This document shows, one piece after another, positions 24,375 to 37,332 of a DNA stretch of 64,000 nucleotides. The translations under genes were made by a program, and so were the position numbers. This DNA comes from Callorhinchus milii (lineage: Eukaryota), in assembly GCF_018977255.1 (NCBI RefSeq), contig NW_024704746.1, positions 52,204,001 to 52,268,000 of the forward strand. The letters run 5' to 3'. How positions within the stretch are numbered: position 1 is the first letter of the stretch; every line of letters begins with the position of its first letter. The notes under the pieces are model-generated. The model did no database searches and was not told the DNA's origin. It saw only the letters and a program-made list of their open reading frames with translations.

Positions 24375-24820
24375 GGAGTCCTGTAGCATATTAATAAGAA
24401 CACTTGCCTCACAAGTAAATCCCAGACAGGGCGAAACCTTAGGCAAGTTTCCTTACTCCACGCCTCTGTTTACCTAGTAGTAAGTAGGAACTTGGTTGTT
24501 AATCGATTGGTAGATCGCTTTCCAGGGATAATAATCTCTTAAAAGCAAATAAATAAGTACTAAATTAATAAATAAATAATTTGGTCACTCAATCCACGAC
24601 TGCTTGTGGACATTTCTGTGTGCAATTGGCTGCAGCATTTTGCCCACAAATGTACAGTCAATTCACTTTACAGTGTGTTCTGTGAAGCGCTTTGGGACGT
24701 CCTCCCAACGTGAAAAGCGCTATATCAAATGCAAGGATTATTATTATTATTCTGTGAAACTCTTTGAAATGTCTCAATGAAGTGATAAGGCGCTATATTA
24801 AATGCTAGGATTATTATTCA
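24375..24820 (+). mobile_element. Deu-domain SINE with a duplicated 3' tail
   Basis: tRNA-like head at 24375, core, and two successive AAATGC(A/T)AGG(ATT)n tails. Confidence 0.85.
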
Positions 24821-25029
24821 AATTTCTTTCATTATAGCTCAATTTTGAAGCCAATTTTGAAGATTGTTAAGATTGTAATTTAAGATTTTTTACTCATAAT
24901 ATAGCGTGATCTAAAATCTCAAGACTAGGTGAGTTTTGTTTTGAAGTTGAGCAGAATTTCTAGCTTTGCTTTCAGTTGCATGTGGAGTGTCTGTGTGTGT
25001 CAAGGAGTCTAGGTTCTTTCACACACACA

Positions 25030-25790
25030 ATTATATCTAGGCTCAACTACGCCAACTCCGTTCTTGTCGGCCTTCACAACTCTTTCCTCCACAATAATAA
25101 TCCTTGCATTTGATACAGCACCTTATCATGTCTTCAAGACATCTCAAAGCGCTTCACAGAATTGTGGGTGAAACACAGTAGACAGTTGTGCACAGCAGTG
25201 TACCACAAACAGACATGGATTGAGTGACCAAATTATTATTATTATAATCTTTTTTGAAGGGATTATTATTCCCACTACAGATCAAGCTGCAGATCATTCA
25301 GAACTCTGCAGCTCATGGCCTCTCCCGCACCAGGCTCTGTGACCCTATCCAGCCTTGCTCAGCTCCACATCTCCCAGAGGATAGAGTTCAAAATCCTCGT
25401 CCTCGCCTTCAAAGCCCTTCTCGGCCTTGTTCCTTTGTACCTCTGTGACCTGTTAACACCATATCGACCTGTCCGCTGCCTCCACTCAGCAGGCTCCGAC
25501 CTACTCCATGTCCCCCACACAGCCCACCCCACCATTGGCGGTTGGGCCTTCAGCTTCTCTGCCCACACCCTTTGGAACTCCATCTCACAGTCCCTTTGTT
25601 TTGGTCTCTCGCTTGCCTCCTTCAAGGCATGTCTCAAGACCCTCCTCTTTGACCGCACCTTCGGTCACCCTCCTACGACTACCCTCCAGCCCTCCTGATT
25701 CCAACAACCTGCTCGGGTACAAATCGCTGACCAGTGCCTTTGGACATCCTCCCGATATGAAAGGTGCTATACAAATGTAATTTGTTGTTG
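25030..25790 (+). mobile_element. L2 LINE 3' fragment with a nested antisense SINE piece (~25093-25270)
   Basis: QIIQNSAAHGLSRTRLCDPI, QRIEFKILVLAFKAL and FKACLKTLLFDR followed by the L2 tail. Confidence 0.8.
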
Positions 25791-26348
25791 TGTGGAAGTG
25801 TGTGTGGGGTGGGGAGGGGGGGGAAAGGGAGAGGGAGGAGAAAGATTCTGACTTCTCGTTCTCTTGCTCAGGGATGCTAAGGTCAATTGTACCTACCTCA
25901 AGTAATTATATTTTGTTTGCCCGAGGAACAAGCTCTAACAAGCCGATTCTATTCCATATCCAGTAGTTGGGTTCTGACTGACCAATCGCTCGCAGTGCAA
26001 CAAATGGTGTTTTTAATGATTGACCTTGGACATCTGTTTGAGCATTTAACAACTTTTCCTCCCCTGTTCGTACATTTCAGATATAGAAGTGGTTCTATGA
26101 GTTAATGCAACACACCCAACAGGGAGACAAGAAAGGGACAGACAGAGGACAGTTACACCAGAGGACTTTATACAGTACAGGCTTTATATCCCCAGCCCAT
26201 GAGATTGAAATCCATTCCTGCGACAGTAACATTTATTTTCTTGCAGAAATCTCCAGAGGTAAGATGCTACATTGAGGCATGTTGGTGTTCTCTGTAACCT
26301 TTTTATCTCCTGAATTTCTCCCCCACCTATTCTGGCTTAATTCTGATC

Positions 26349-26508
26349 TCAGGGTGGAAACGGGGTGGAGCAGGGTGTGGTGGTCAAGCAGACTTCGTCA
26401 TTGGTTTTGCAGAATGATATGACTTTGCTGTAGTCTTGGTGGATGTCTTCAGGGCTCCGCCCACGCACGCAGGCTTCCAGTGACGCATAGCGTGTAGGAA
26501 CAGGGACC
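26349..26508 (-). CDS. TEX52: TEX52 last coding exon (predicted)
   Basis: Acceptor TGTTACAG|G; the phase-2 join gives R-VPVPTRYASLEACVRGRSPEDIHQDYSKVISF...PFPP*. Minus-strand AATAAA at 26232-26237. Confidence 0.6.
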
Positions 26509-26559
26509 CTGTAACATACAGCAGGAATTATAGCTGGAGCAGCACCAAGAATAACATGG

Positions 26560-26960
26560 TAATTCTGATCCTAATTCTGACTTGTACATAGGGTAGTGTT
26601 ATTGGTCATAATATCCTTTAATATTATACTATAGATGTTACTGGTAATAATATACTCTTATTCAATGCGGTACAATAGGGCAGTATTAATGGTTTTCGTA
26701 GATTCTGATTTTGTACTGTACATAGGGCAGTGTTATTGGAAATTATAATCAGCTCCTTATTGTTTTCTGGACATAAGATAGTATTTTTGGTCAAAATAGA
26801 CTCTTATTTGTACGGCACCCGTGGCAGTATTGATGATAGTAATAGACTTATTGTCTCCTGAAGACCAGTGTTATGAGGAGAAAAGTTGTAATATACTTCT
26901 TAATCTGAAAAGAATCGTTATGTATTCGTATTCTTATGTAGTATCGTGTTTTTGATATTA
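26560..26960. repeat. Degenerate AT-rich tandem repeat (core TACATAGGGCAGTGTTATTGG) in a TEX52 intron
   Basis: Motif recurs at roughly 40-50 bp spacing. Confidence 0.55.
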
Positions 26961-27144
26961 AACTGGTTATGCACAGTACTGCTTGAGTTGTATACAGAGT
27001 AAAGCTTCCTTTGCATTTGGGTTAAGGTGATCCATCAGCACTACAAAGTCAGATATAGCGGTGGATCATTGTGGAGATGGTGTATGAAATATCATTGTCA
27101 TTGTCTCAAAGCACTTCACAGGATTTGAATTTTTTTAGGCTTAC

Positions 27145-27693
27145 CGCTTGATGGATTTGAAATTCTTCTTTGTGGATTGCTTTCGACTCATACCGTGCAT
27201 TGAAAGTCTCTTAATCTGAAGGAGCTCCTTGGCTGATTGGGTGATGGCTTTCTCCTTGTCCTTGTTGTCAATGTAAAAGTTGCCGCTGGACACAAAGTTG
27301 ATTAGCGTTTGTTCCTTCATGCAAGAGGGAGGTGGGATAGTAATGGGGAACAGGTTGGCCATCAGATTAGCCACGTCCTTCTGGTCCCGAGAGAATATGG
27401 GATCACAGGATACATAACATCTCCAGACTTTACTATCAAAAGGTTTGTCAGGCCTTTCCGGGAGGATGAGTGGAAGCTTGCCGATTTTCAGCCAAGCCTG
27501 GAATCTCGGATTTGGCCGGTTGTGCATCTTGTTGAGTTGCAAACGATGGTGCAGCTCATCCACCACATCCGTGTAGAAGGGCTTCTGTGCCTCGGACTTT
27601 GGGTTAGGCCTGGGATGGAAGGCAGTCATTCTTGGCATTTTGTCTGGCAGCACTGTGCCTGTGCCAGCTGGAATGGCCAACCGCCAGGCTTCC
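27145..27693 (-). CDS. TEX52: Testis-expressed protein 52, main coding exon
   Basis: FQAWLKIGKLPLILPERPDKPFDSKVWR...IPPPSCMKEQTLINFV...KELLQIKRL resembles recalled TEX52 (FHTWLDVCRLP...PDRPYDSNVWR...IPPPSWMG). Acceptor TGCAG|G at 27693, donor CG|GTAAG at 27145, syntenic position 3' of FOXM1. Confidence 0.85.
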
Positions 27694-29025
27694 CTGCAGC
27701 AATCACAAACAGTGTTGTGTCAGGTACACCTAAGTAATAACACAGTAATTATAATAATCCTTGCATTTGATATAATGCCTTATCACGTCGATAACGCAAC
27801 TCAAAGCGCTTCACAGGAAATTCTGTAAAGTGGATTGACTGTATTTTGTGGGTGAAATGCGGCAGCCAGTTACACAGCAATATCTCACAAACAGCCATTG
27901 AGTGAATAACTAATTTTATTTGGGGGATTGTTGGCCAGGACACCGGGATGAATTCTCTTCTCTTAAGTACTCTGCTTAAACATTTTAGCCAGGTAGCCAA
28001 CCCATGTGGAAACTAATCACAGTGCTTTGGAGTATCAAAACCAAACTGAGAGTTCCACATGGAAATTTCTGTTTCTCGAATGGATTGCAAACTCTCTACC
28101 CAATGAGTCACACCATGCTTACCTAATGCTGGAAGTATTAGACCTAGGCATAGTCTAAATAAATCCCTCCTTCTCCCTTCAGATTCTGTCTGAGCCACAA
28201 CCCAAAATGCAGGATGATCACTTTAGGTTATAAAAGAAAGCTCTAGCTTCTGAGCTGAGTTGTTGAACTCAACCAAGGCTAATTTTGGGGCTACATGCAT
28301 TCCAAAGACCATAGATTTGAGAGAAGAAATAAGCCAGGGCTGAAATTCCACCTTGTTTTAACATTTCAGACTACTCTGGCTTCCTCTTTCTTGATTGTGA
28401 CTGTTAAATGTCATCTTAATTCGGAAGCCAGTTTTCTGCAGTTCTTAAAAAGTTTCAGGATCAATTTAAGAGTCTTCCGCAAGCCAAAGTCTTAACTGGT
28501 AGGGTGGTCCTAGCTGGAGAACCATCGGGAAGGTGGCAGAGAATACTCTCAATGGCAAGCTGTGTAGGTTTAGCTAGTTAATTTCCAGCAGGACTCCAAA
28601 GAGAAGTGGACATGCATGCAGCGGAAGGCTATAAGAGACTTCAGGTAAAGAGAAAGGATTGGGAATAGGATGGACCGCTTCTTGGAGAATCAAATATCAA
28701 AACAATGAGCAGAATGGCCTCCAGTTGTACATTTCTGTGATTTTATGGGCAGAAATTGCGTGTGAAGTGCATTGAGGTGTTTCAACACAAAATATACAGT
28801 CACTTTACAGTGTGTTCTGTGAAGCGCTTTGGGACGTCCTCCCGACGTGAAAAGCACTATATCAAATGCAAGGATTATTATTATTATTATAATTCACAAT
28901 ATATTCTTTGAAGCGCTTGGAGACATTTCAATGACGAGATAAGGCACTTTATCAAATGCAAGGATTATTATCATAACATGATAAGTGAGATATTAAATGC
29001 AAAGATTTATTTATTTAAAGCTCAC

Positions 29026-29066
29026 CTATCCTTCAGAGAACTATTGGGGAGCTTGCCAACTGCCAT
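29026..29066 (-). CDS. TEX52: TEX52 first coding exon (predicted, MAVGKLPNSSLKDR)
   Basis: ATG at 29066 and donor AG|GTGAGC in phase 2, matching the acceptor at 27693. The three exons sum to 750 nt (249 aa). Confidence 0.6.
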
Positions 29067-29850
29067 CTAACATGCGGGCACCTCGCTCCAATATCGAGTG
29101 CCAAGCTCCAATATCAGGCGATAGCAGACAGCTCACCCTGTCTCAGCCCCGAGACGCTGTCCACAATTCACTTGAGCTTCCAGCGAGATCATCTCATTGT
29201 GAGAGCAGTGAGGAGAGGGATGTCTCAGCCACAGGTTAGAAATTGGAAGGAAAAGTTTTGTACCAGGAAACAACTTTTTTGCAGGGCTGTAGCCACTCCC
29301 CTCTCAATGCAAGATGACCTCATGGCCTCATACAGTGTGACTTCCTGCTCTCTTGTCTGTCATCAAGCTCCTGTCTCCTTGGTGACCTGTTCAAACTGGG
29401 ACAGTGCTGCTTAGTGAGCTACCTGTTGCTTACTCTGCAGGGGGCAGGATGTTGCCATATTGTCACACAGAATTGCCATGGTTGAGATGAATAGGCTGGG
29501 AATGCTGCCAAAGCTGTGGAGTTCTCCTAGGTTTGTGGTAACAAAGGTGTGGGGGTCCCTGAGCTGTGGGTTGTCTTCTGAGGGGTGGGATGCAGACTTT
29601 ATTGCCTCACAGTGTGGCTGCCTGCTCTCTTGTCTGTCATCAGGCTCCCGTCTCTCTGTTGACCAATATAATCTTGGACAGTGATACTCAATGAGCAAGT
29701 TTTTGCTTGGGATGGGTGTTGCCATGATGCCACAGAGAATACTATCTGAGGTGAACAGGCAGGGAACGCTGCCAAGGTGTGCAGTTCCCTGATGAGTGCA
29801 GTTCCCCTGGGTGTACAGTTCCCTAGGTGTGGGATCCCCCTCCATGGCTC

Positions 29851-30143
29851 CCAGCTGTGGCTTCCCTGGGGCTCTGATACCCCAGATGTGAATCCCCCAG
29901 CTGTGGCTTCCCTGGGGCTCTGATACCCCAGATGTGAATCCCCCAGCTGTGGCTTCCCTGGGGCTCTGATACCCCAGATGTGAATCCCCCAGCTGTGGCT
30001 TCCCTGGGGCTCTGATACCCCAGATGTGAATCCCCCAACTGTGGCTTCCCTGGGGCTCTGATACCCCAGATGTGAATCCCCCAGCTGTGGCTTCCCTGGG
30101 GCTCTGATACCCCAGATGTGAATCCCCCAGCTGTGGCTTCCCT
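29851..30143. repeat. 46-bp minisatellite, 6 near-perfect copies plus a partial
   Basis: CCAGCTGTGGCTTCCCTGGGGCTCTGATACCCCAGATGTGAATCCC at 29851, 29897, 29943, 29989, 30035, 30081 and partially at 30127. Confidence 0.95.
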
Positions 30144-30876
30144 GCAGTCAGTTACTTGAAGAGCTGCTGATTTTGATGCTGTTCTGTTCTTGTTATTTAT
30201 CAATGATGCTCTTACTCATTGTGGGAGTTGAGGCTTACTCAGAGGGTTTTGAAGGAACCTGCAGTCTCGCAGGTTGAAGGAGCTTTGTGGAGTTCTAAAT
30301 GTGTTTTACAGTGCCTTTTGCCCCTTGTTCAGCCAAGACAATCCTACCTTTTAGGGCTTTGGCTTTCAGGGTCAATGCAAAGTGAGTTGGTAGAATCCCT
30401 GCTCTCAGGAATGGCCTGGAGCCCGGCCTGCTCCTCCATGTCCTGCTGGCCCTCCATTGACAGTGCTGTTTTATATGGGGTGATCAGAAAGATAATGAGT
30501 TCAGTAAAATAAGTTGCCTTTATTGATCTGTAGTCAGCATACAGCAGCAATTGAGCCATTACAATGGGCAGTGCTCTCCTGGAGCACAGCATGTGGCACG
30601 TTTCAGACAAGACAATGTAATAAGGTGCATTAGAACAAAACTCTGAAGTGTGTGCATTAGTGTCCTGCTGAGACTATTAGTGCAGGCTGCCAACTCTCCA
30701 CTCACAATATTTGTTTGCTGTCCCTGTGGCGGGGTTAATTTCGATAAGGTTGAGGCCTCGGCTTGTTTTGAGTTGGGGGGGTGGGGTAAGCGAAAAGATA
30801 TATCAGTGCTTTGAGCACTTTCAACATCCTGGAGTAAGAAAGTGAAACACACAGATACAAGCAGATGTGTCATCAG

Positions 30877-31097
30877 TGATAATAATAATCCTTGCATTTG
30901 ATATAGCGCTTTTCACGTCGGGAGGACGTCCCAAAGCGCTTCACAGAACACACTGTAAAGTGAATTGACTGTATATTTGTGGGCGAACGCGGCAGCCAAT
31001 TGCGCACAGCAATGTCCCACAAACAGTCGTAGATTGAAAATGACCCAATTTTTTTTTTATTATTGTTTTTTGGTTTTTTTGGAGGGATTATTATTAT
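30877..31097 (-). mobile_element. Young SINE 3' half
   Basis: Near-identical to 7532-7727 and 9370-9575. Confidence 0.9.
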
Positions 31098-32408
31098 CTT
31101 GTTGATACTCGTCAACAAGGTGATGTCTCACCACTGTAATCATAGACAGACTGCAGACATGGTTGGGAAGAGAGACTGCAGACATGGATGCAGTGGGCAT
31201 GGAGAGAAGGAATAACATGACCAAATCCAGTGGCAGCCGGTTTCATAGCCAAGACCAATAATTTATATTTTGAAATAGACTGAGAACAGGAGAACTGTCT
31301 GCAATTGTTGTAGGCCTAGAAGCTTTCTTGCTTATAAAGCAGATATTTGAAAAGGTTAATGGTGTCCTTTGAGAACACAGACTTCAGATGAAGTGCACAT
31401 ATACATACCAAATGTTGCACACATCAGTTTTGAACCCTGCACCTGCTTGATTTGGATACAGTGACAGCTGACTTGAGCCCAGGTCCCATCACTGCATACA
31501 GGCTGGGGCGGGGGGAGGCGGATTACACCTCCATTTGCGACTCTGCTGTACTAGTGCAGTCACCACCATGGTCAAAAAATGGCAAAGAGGACAGATTGCT
31601 GGCTGCCAGACCCACTTGTTGAATAAACAGAAGCTTCCATCTGTCCCAGAGCACAAGACTCTGACACCTCCTCCTGTGGTATCTTTCATAACTTCCTTCT
31701 GCAACAGTTCATGAAATGGCAGGTTAAGACCAGGTGAGATGGTCCACAGCACGTCCCTGATCCTTTTGCTTCCTCTTCACAGACTTCCCTTAATGGGCAA
31801 AGGTGCCTGGGAATTAGTTTGTCATGTGTGTGGCTTGTGTTCAACCGAGCTTCCAAAGAAAGCTCTGGGGCTCCAGACACTGCCAAATCCCTGAGGACCC
31901 CAGAGAAATGTTCATGGTGGCAGAGGGGGTTTCAGAACTGATGATGAAGAAGCAAAACTCCCAGGAGAATGAGGGATATTCTGAGAAAGCAGACACAGGA
32001 TACTAACAGGCATCCAAGTAATACACTCATAATGTTTGTGACACACACACACACAGATACAAACAAAATGTGCATATATACAACATGAAAGCACATGTGT
32101 ACACTTCTAGGAATTGGTGATTTTCCACCTGGCATAAACAAATATCAATGACATTTCCCTGGTGTCTTGTTACACCAGTCAATGCTGAGTACCAAGCACT
32201 GCAACAGAGATGTCTGTGGTCTGGTCTTATACAAAAATGACCATCTGTATTGAACCAGCTTCCATTCCTTCACTTCTTTTACACTTTTAATAACATTTAT
32301 TTTCAGACACAATCTACAAGTTTTTACTGTCCCTCCCTTGATGATTTTTTAAAGCCAATTTAGTAGCAAATTCTTCAGGGCTCAGTCTGCATGAGGGACC
32401 TGGAGCAT

Positions 32409-33272
32409 TTACCTCAGCTCAGGTATTAACGCTGACCAGCTCATATTTCCAAGATCATAGTCCTCATCTTCCAATCCGGTGAAACTCAGGTCCAGGAGGA
32501 TTTTGCTCAGACTATCATTCAGGGTGTCCAGGACCAGGCCTTCGGTCAAAGACCTGTTGGCTGAGGGGCCGCTGCTCGCCAGCAGCTCTCGGGAACACCG
32601 TTCCCCTTGGTCGTCTGCGAGGGGAGGGGAGAGGCTATGGGGGTCCAGCTCCTTGACTGGTGAATTCAACAGCTCCCTGGGTGATTCGAAGATAGCAAAA
32701 TCCTTGAATGGGGTGCTACTGAGGCTGAGGTACCCGGGGTTGTTCCGCAGTGGAGTCAGGAAGGAGCCACACGGCGTCCTGACAGGGCTGAACTCAAAAA
32801 GGCTATCCTCTTTCTTCAGTGGGGTGAGACTGAACTTCCAGCCCTCACCTCCACCCCCAAGGGACGGACTGCTCCCCCCCTTGCTGGGGGTAGAGGAGGC
32901 AGGCAGGTCTCGGAAAGGCTTCTCTTTGATGGGAGTTTTGAAGTTGTAATCCGCAGATGTGCTGGCAAAGTCTGAACCCTGCTCCAGGGTTCTCGATTCA
33001 TGGAAGGTGGAGAGGTCAGAGGCCATGCCGGAATCCATGCCTGGGTCTGGGAAATCTGGAAACAGAAGGACGGGCTCCTCCATGGGCTGAGGCACATGCC
33101 TCTGCTTCCGCCGAGAGGTGTTCTCTTTACACAGAGCCTCCTCTATTCTGAGTGCCGCCGAGGAGTCACAGGCAGTGGTGGGGAGTGGGGCAGCTCTGTG
33201 GATCAGTGGCAGGGCCTGATAGTCCATCATTAAATTCACTGGCTGATTGCTTGTCACAGGCTCACTGGGCAC
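32409..33272 (-). CDS. FOXM1: FOXM1 last coding exon (transactivation domain)
   Basis: Acceptor GGTAG|GTG; SRRKQ, FKTPIKE, SSTPSK, FSPVRTP and the C-terminal ANRSLTEGLVLDTLNDSLSKILLDLSF...WSALIPELR*. Minus-strand AATAAA at 32296-32301. Confidence 0.95.
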   Translation of the reverse strand: MPSEPVTSNQPVNLMMDYQALPLIHRAAPLPTTACDSSAALRIEEALCKENTSRRKQRHVPQPMEEPVLLFPDFPDPGMDSGMASDLSTFHESRTLEQGSDFASTSADYNFKTPIKEKPFRDLPASSTPSKGGSSPSLGGGGEGWKFSLTPLKKEDSLFEFSPVRTPCGSFLTPLRNNPGYLSLSSTPFKDFAIFESPRELLNSPVKELDPHSLSPPLADDQGERCSRELLASSGPSANRSLTEGLVLDTLNDSLSKILLDLSFTGLEDEDYDLGNMSWSALIPELR

Positions 33273-34244
33273 CTACCACACAGAAAAACACCAAATGCTT
33301 AAAACAGTCCAGTACAGAAGCTTACAGTAACCCCCCCCCCCCCCCGCCCACCAGCTCTCATTTAATTCCTGGGCCCAAGAAGCCATCTTCTGGCCTTTTG
33401 ATGCCAAATACTCATTGAGATAACACCACCAATGGACATCTGGTTCCATCAATGGCAAATTTAATGAATATTAATATATAGCACCTTTCACACTGGGAGG
33501 ATGTCTTAAGAGTACTTCACCGGATTCACTGCAAACTGTAGTGATTGTGCATTTCACAAGTGAATCGGAAACTCATGTGCACAGAGGAAGTTCTGACAAA
33601 CTACCATGCAGTAAATGACAAATTTTATCTGGGGGATTGTTGGCCAGGACATTGGGAGAGATTTATGTTTTTTTTCAAATAGTGCTAAACAGACATAAGG
33701 TGGCCTTGGTTTAAGATCTGAAGGAGGACTCCTCTAACAATGCAGCGCGTATCCAACTGCATAAGAGTGTCATTCAGTTTCTAGATTGTGAGTTGAAATT
33801 CTTGATGTGAGGGCTTGAACCCACAACCTTCTGAGTCAGATACGCATGGGACAGAAGTTACCAAATAAGAGGTTGAAAGAAATCTTCGGGTGGATTTTGG
33901 CTTGTTCCTAACCGTGACAGCAATAAATGAGGGAAACAAGATTCTGGGCAACACTGTTAAATTGGTTGAATTCACAATCCCAGGAGTAATCCGTTCCTGT
34001 GAAATGCTCTGAGACGGCGTCCGGCGTGGAGAGCGCGATATAAATCCAAGTTGTTGTTGTTGTTAATGCTCAATCTGGTTTGGCTGCACCTAAAGGACTG
34101 TGTACAGTTCTGGCTGCCCAGAACACCAAGGCAGTGTTCAAGGCAGCAATAAGGATGATTCCCAGTGTCAGAACGGTAAGCTATGCGCTATGAAGGCTTG
34201 GCGAAATGGCTCTTCATCCTTGAAAAGAGACTTCACTGAGGGAC

Positions 34245-35925
34245 CCTATTTTCCCCACCCTCTGTCACCAAACTCATCCTATCCCTGAAACCCACCATCT
34301 GCTCCCTTGACCCCACCCCCACTCCACTCCTTATCTCCCAGCTCCACCTCCTCACCCCACATATCACAGACATCGTCAACCTGTCCCTCTCCTCTGGCTC
34401 TGTTCCCATTCCCTTAAAAACTGCCACCATCACTCCCATCTTGAAAAAACCCTCCCTTGATGCGTCGCAGCTATCAAGCTACCGGCCATCTCCAACCTCC
34501 CCTTCCTGTCCAAGGTCCTTGAACGAGTTGTCGCCTCCCAGCTGCGCTCTTTCCTCTCCATCCATTCATTATTCGAACCCCTTCAGTCGGGTTTCCGTGC
34601 TGCCCATAGCACAGAAACTGCCCTGGTCAAGGTCACCAATGACATCCTGACCGTCTGCGACCAGGGCTCCCTCTGCCTCCTCGACCTATCGGCAGCATTC
34701 GATACGGTCAACCACACTATCCTCCTCCACCATTTGTCCTCCCACCTCAACCTTCAAGGCCCTGTCCTTGAGTGGTTTAGGTCGTACCTCTCCCACCGTC
34801 TTCACTTTGTTTCCACGAACGGCTTTTCCTCCAGCCCCTGCACTGTCTCGTGCGGTGTCCCTCAGGGCTCTGTCCTCGGTCCCTTCATCTTCACCCTCTA
34901 TATGCTCCCCCTTGGTGACATCATCCGCAGACATGGGGTTAACTTCCACATGTATGCGGATGACACCCAACTCTACCTTTCCTCCTCTACCCTCAACTCC
35001 ACGACCACCGATGTCCTGACAGCTGCCTGTCCGACATTGAGTCCTGGACGAGAGACAACTTTCTTCAGCTCAACGTGAGGCCCTCCTGATTGGCTCACGT
35101 CAGCGCCTCTGCACCTCAGGCGCTGACAGCATCAGCATCCAAGGCTGCACTCTCCACCTCTCAAAGCCGGTCAGGAAGCTCGGGGTTCTGTTCGACCCTG
35201 AGCTGTCCTTTCTCCCACAACTGGCACCGCCATCCATCACTTCCGGAATATCGCCAGACTACGGCACTACCTCACCCCTCACGCTGCTGAAACTCTGGTC
35301 CACGCCTTTATCACCTCAAGGCTGGACTATGGGAACTTTCTCCTCGCCGGCCTTCCTGGCACCTCCCTCCACAAGCTGCAGGTCATGCAGAACTCTGCAG
35401 CTCGTGTACTGTCCCGCACCAGGCTTCGCGACCACATCACTCCCACCCTCGCTCACCTCCACTGGCTCCCCATCCCCCAGAGGATCGAATTCAAGATTCT
35501 CATCCTCACCTACAAAACCATTCACGGCCTTGCTCCCTCCTATCTCGCCGACCTACTATCCCCCTATCTGCCCGTACCCTCCGTTCCTCTGGCTCCGGTC
35601 TTCTCCACATCCCCCGCCCCAAATGCCCTACCATCGATGGCCGGGCCTTCAGCCTCTCAGCCCCTAGGCTCTGGAACTCTATTCCCCAGTGCCTTCGCCT
35701 TGCCTCCTCCCTTTCCTCCTTCAAGGCCGGTCTCAAGACCTTTCTCTTTGACCGTGCCTTCAGCTCCCCTCTCGACTCTCTACCCCCTCCTCGCTCCCTC
35801 CCTTCCCTCCCCTCACCCTGACCATTTCCCCCCTGCTCGGGTCCTGACCCAACTGTACAGCGCCTTGGGACGTACTCCCGACGTGAAAGGCACTCTACAA
35901 ATGGAATCTTATTGTTGTTGTTGTA
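34245..35925 (+). mobile_element. 5'-truncated young L2 LINE (same family as 13912-17653) in the FOXM1 last intron, antisense to FOXM1
   Basis: High nucleotide similarity to the full-length copy, with several small deletions/frameshifts and a (TTG)n tail. Confidence 0.9.
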
Positions 35926-36267
35926 GGTAGATAAGATACCAAATGGGACTGAGAAAGCAAATTCCTAAGAATATTTTCAAGATATGCTAAGGTAATAGGA
36001 ATAAGACAAGGTTTGAATTGACACTAGGAATTAATTTGTTATACAGAAGGGATGTGAACAGGTAGATTGGTATACCAAGACGGTAGAGTGCATACTACTG
36101 TAATCAGTTAAGAAACGAGATGCTCTAATTGGAAGTTGGAAGTCAGCAGCAAAGAAGAGATCCAATAGTTGAAGGGCTTTCTTTGTGGGCACTTCTCCTG
36201 TTTTAATCTCTAACCTTGCCCCTTGCTCCTGACAAATTTCAAGTCAGTGACTGATCCCTTTGCTTAC

Positions 36268-36464
36268 CTTGGGTGCAATTCTGATGCGCTTGCGTCTGCG
36301 GGTCAGCTCGGTGTAGGTGGAGCTGGTCAGCGGCACCTGGAGGGATGGCAGGGTGATGTGAGTGGACGGCTGCAGGATGAGGGGGGAGTTGAGTGACAGG
36401 GGAATGGGCACCAGATACGAGTCAGTACGAGGCAGCAACGGCTTCATCTTCCGAAACCCAACTT
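36268..36464 (-). CDS. FOXM1: FOXM1 coding exon
   Basis: EVGFRKMKPLLPRTDSYLVPIPL...KRIRIAPK; acceptor GCACAG|AA, donor AAG|GTAAGC; phases 1/0 fit the neighbours. Confidence 0.93.
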
Positions 36465-36842
36465 CTGTGCAAAGAAAGCAGTGAAAATATAGTTCACCTT
36501 CTCACCCCCTTCCCTATCCTCTCGCTCACTCCCCTCCCGAATCTTTCACAGACCCTTCCCCTCCTTTCACACTCCCCTCCCTTCACATCCCACTCCCCTC
36601 CTTTCACACACACACTCTAATCCCAGATCCTCCTTGGGTTGTAAATGGGAACTCCTTGGAGTTGAGGTGGTTCCAAGGTCTTTGGATAGTGCAGAAAACC
36701 AGGCTGATTCCACCCCCCACCCCCAACCCAGTGAGGCTGAGACCAATTTAACCATCGACGGATAATCTTGCTCAGATCAGTATCTCAGCCTATAATTTCC
36801 ATTAACAGCCTATCAGCATGGCAGAGAGAAACTAAACAATAC

Positions 36843-36900
36843 CTGTGCTCCCGGCCCCAGGGTTCTTCAGCAGATCGTTGCTCCCAGTTCGCTTTTGCTG
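36843..36900 (-). CDS. FOXM1: FOXM1 small coding exon (QQKRTGSNDLLKNPGAGST)
   Basis: Polypyrimidine tract plus TTTAG|CAG, donor ACAG|GTATTG; 58 nt, phase 0/1; begins with the QQKR seen in other FOXM1 proteins. Confidence 0.85.
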
Positions 36901-37332
36901 CTAAAATTTCCAAAGTAAGAACGAAAAGGAAATGAAATGGCTGAAAATTGTGGGCCAACACAGATATAGGCTCCCTCAGCTCACCAAGCACAGGAACAGG
37001 CATGGAACCCTCCCCACCCACACCTCACCCCATTGAGCAGGAAACAGATTCTGTAGCTCACCAGGAAACAAAAAGGTAAGACGCTTCCCCTGAGCTGGAG
37101 AAGACATTGCCCCCTCAAGGAGGAGAGCAGCTGTAGTGGGCTGTCCAGTATATAATCACAAATACTGTATTAAACATTCTTAGTAAACATCCAAAAACAA
37201 GTTGATGCACATGGATAACAAGCAACAAGGTGTCCAGGAAGCCAGATGACATTTCAATGTAAGCAATGGGGACAGGAACCATCAGCTGAAGCAAACAGAA
37301 AACGAGACAGGAGATGGCATTGGTGATCTTAC

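Noticed and set aside
29851-30143. CRISPR-like regular array
   Set aside because: Contiguous identical 46-bp units with no unique spacers, eukaryotic context and no cas genes; it is a minisatellite.
32479-33233. Plus-strand ORFs overlapping the FOXM1 last exon
   Set aside because: Antisense shadows of a real coding exon with no independent support.
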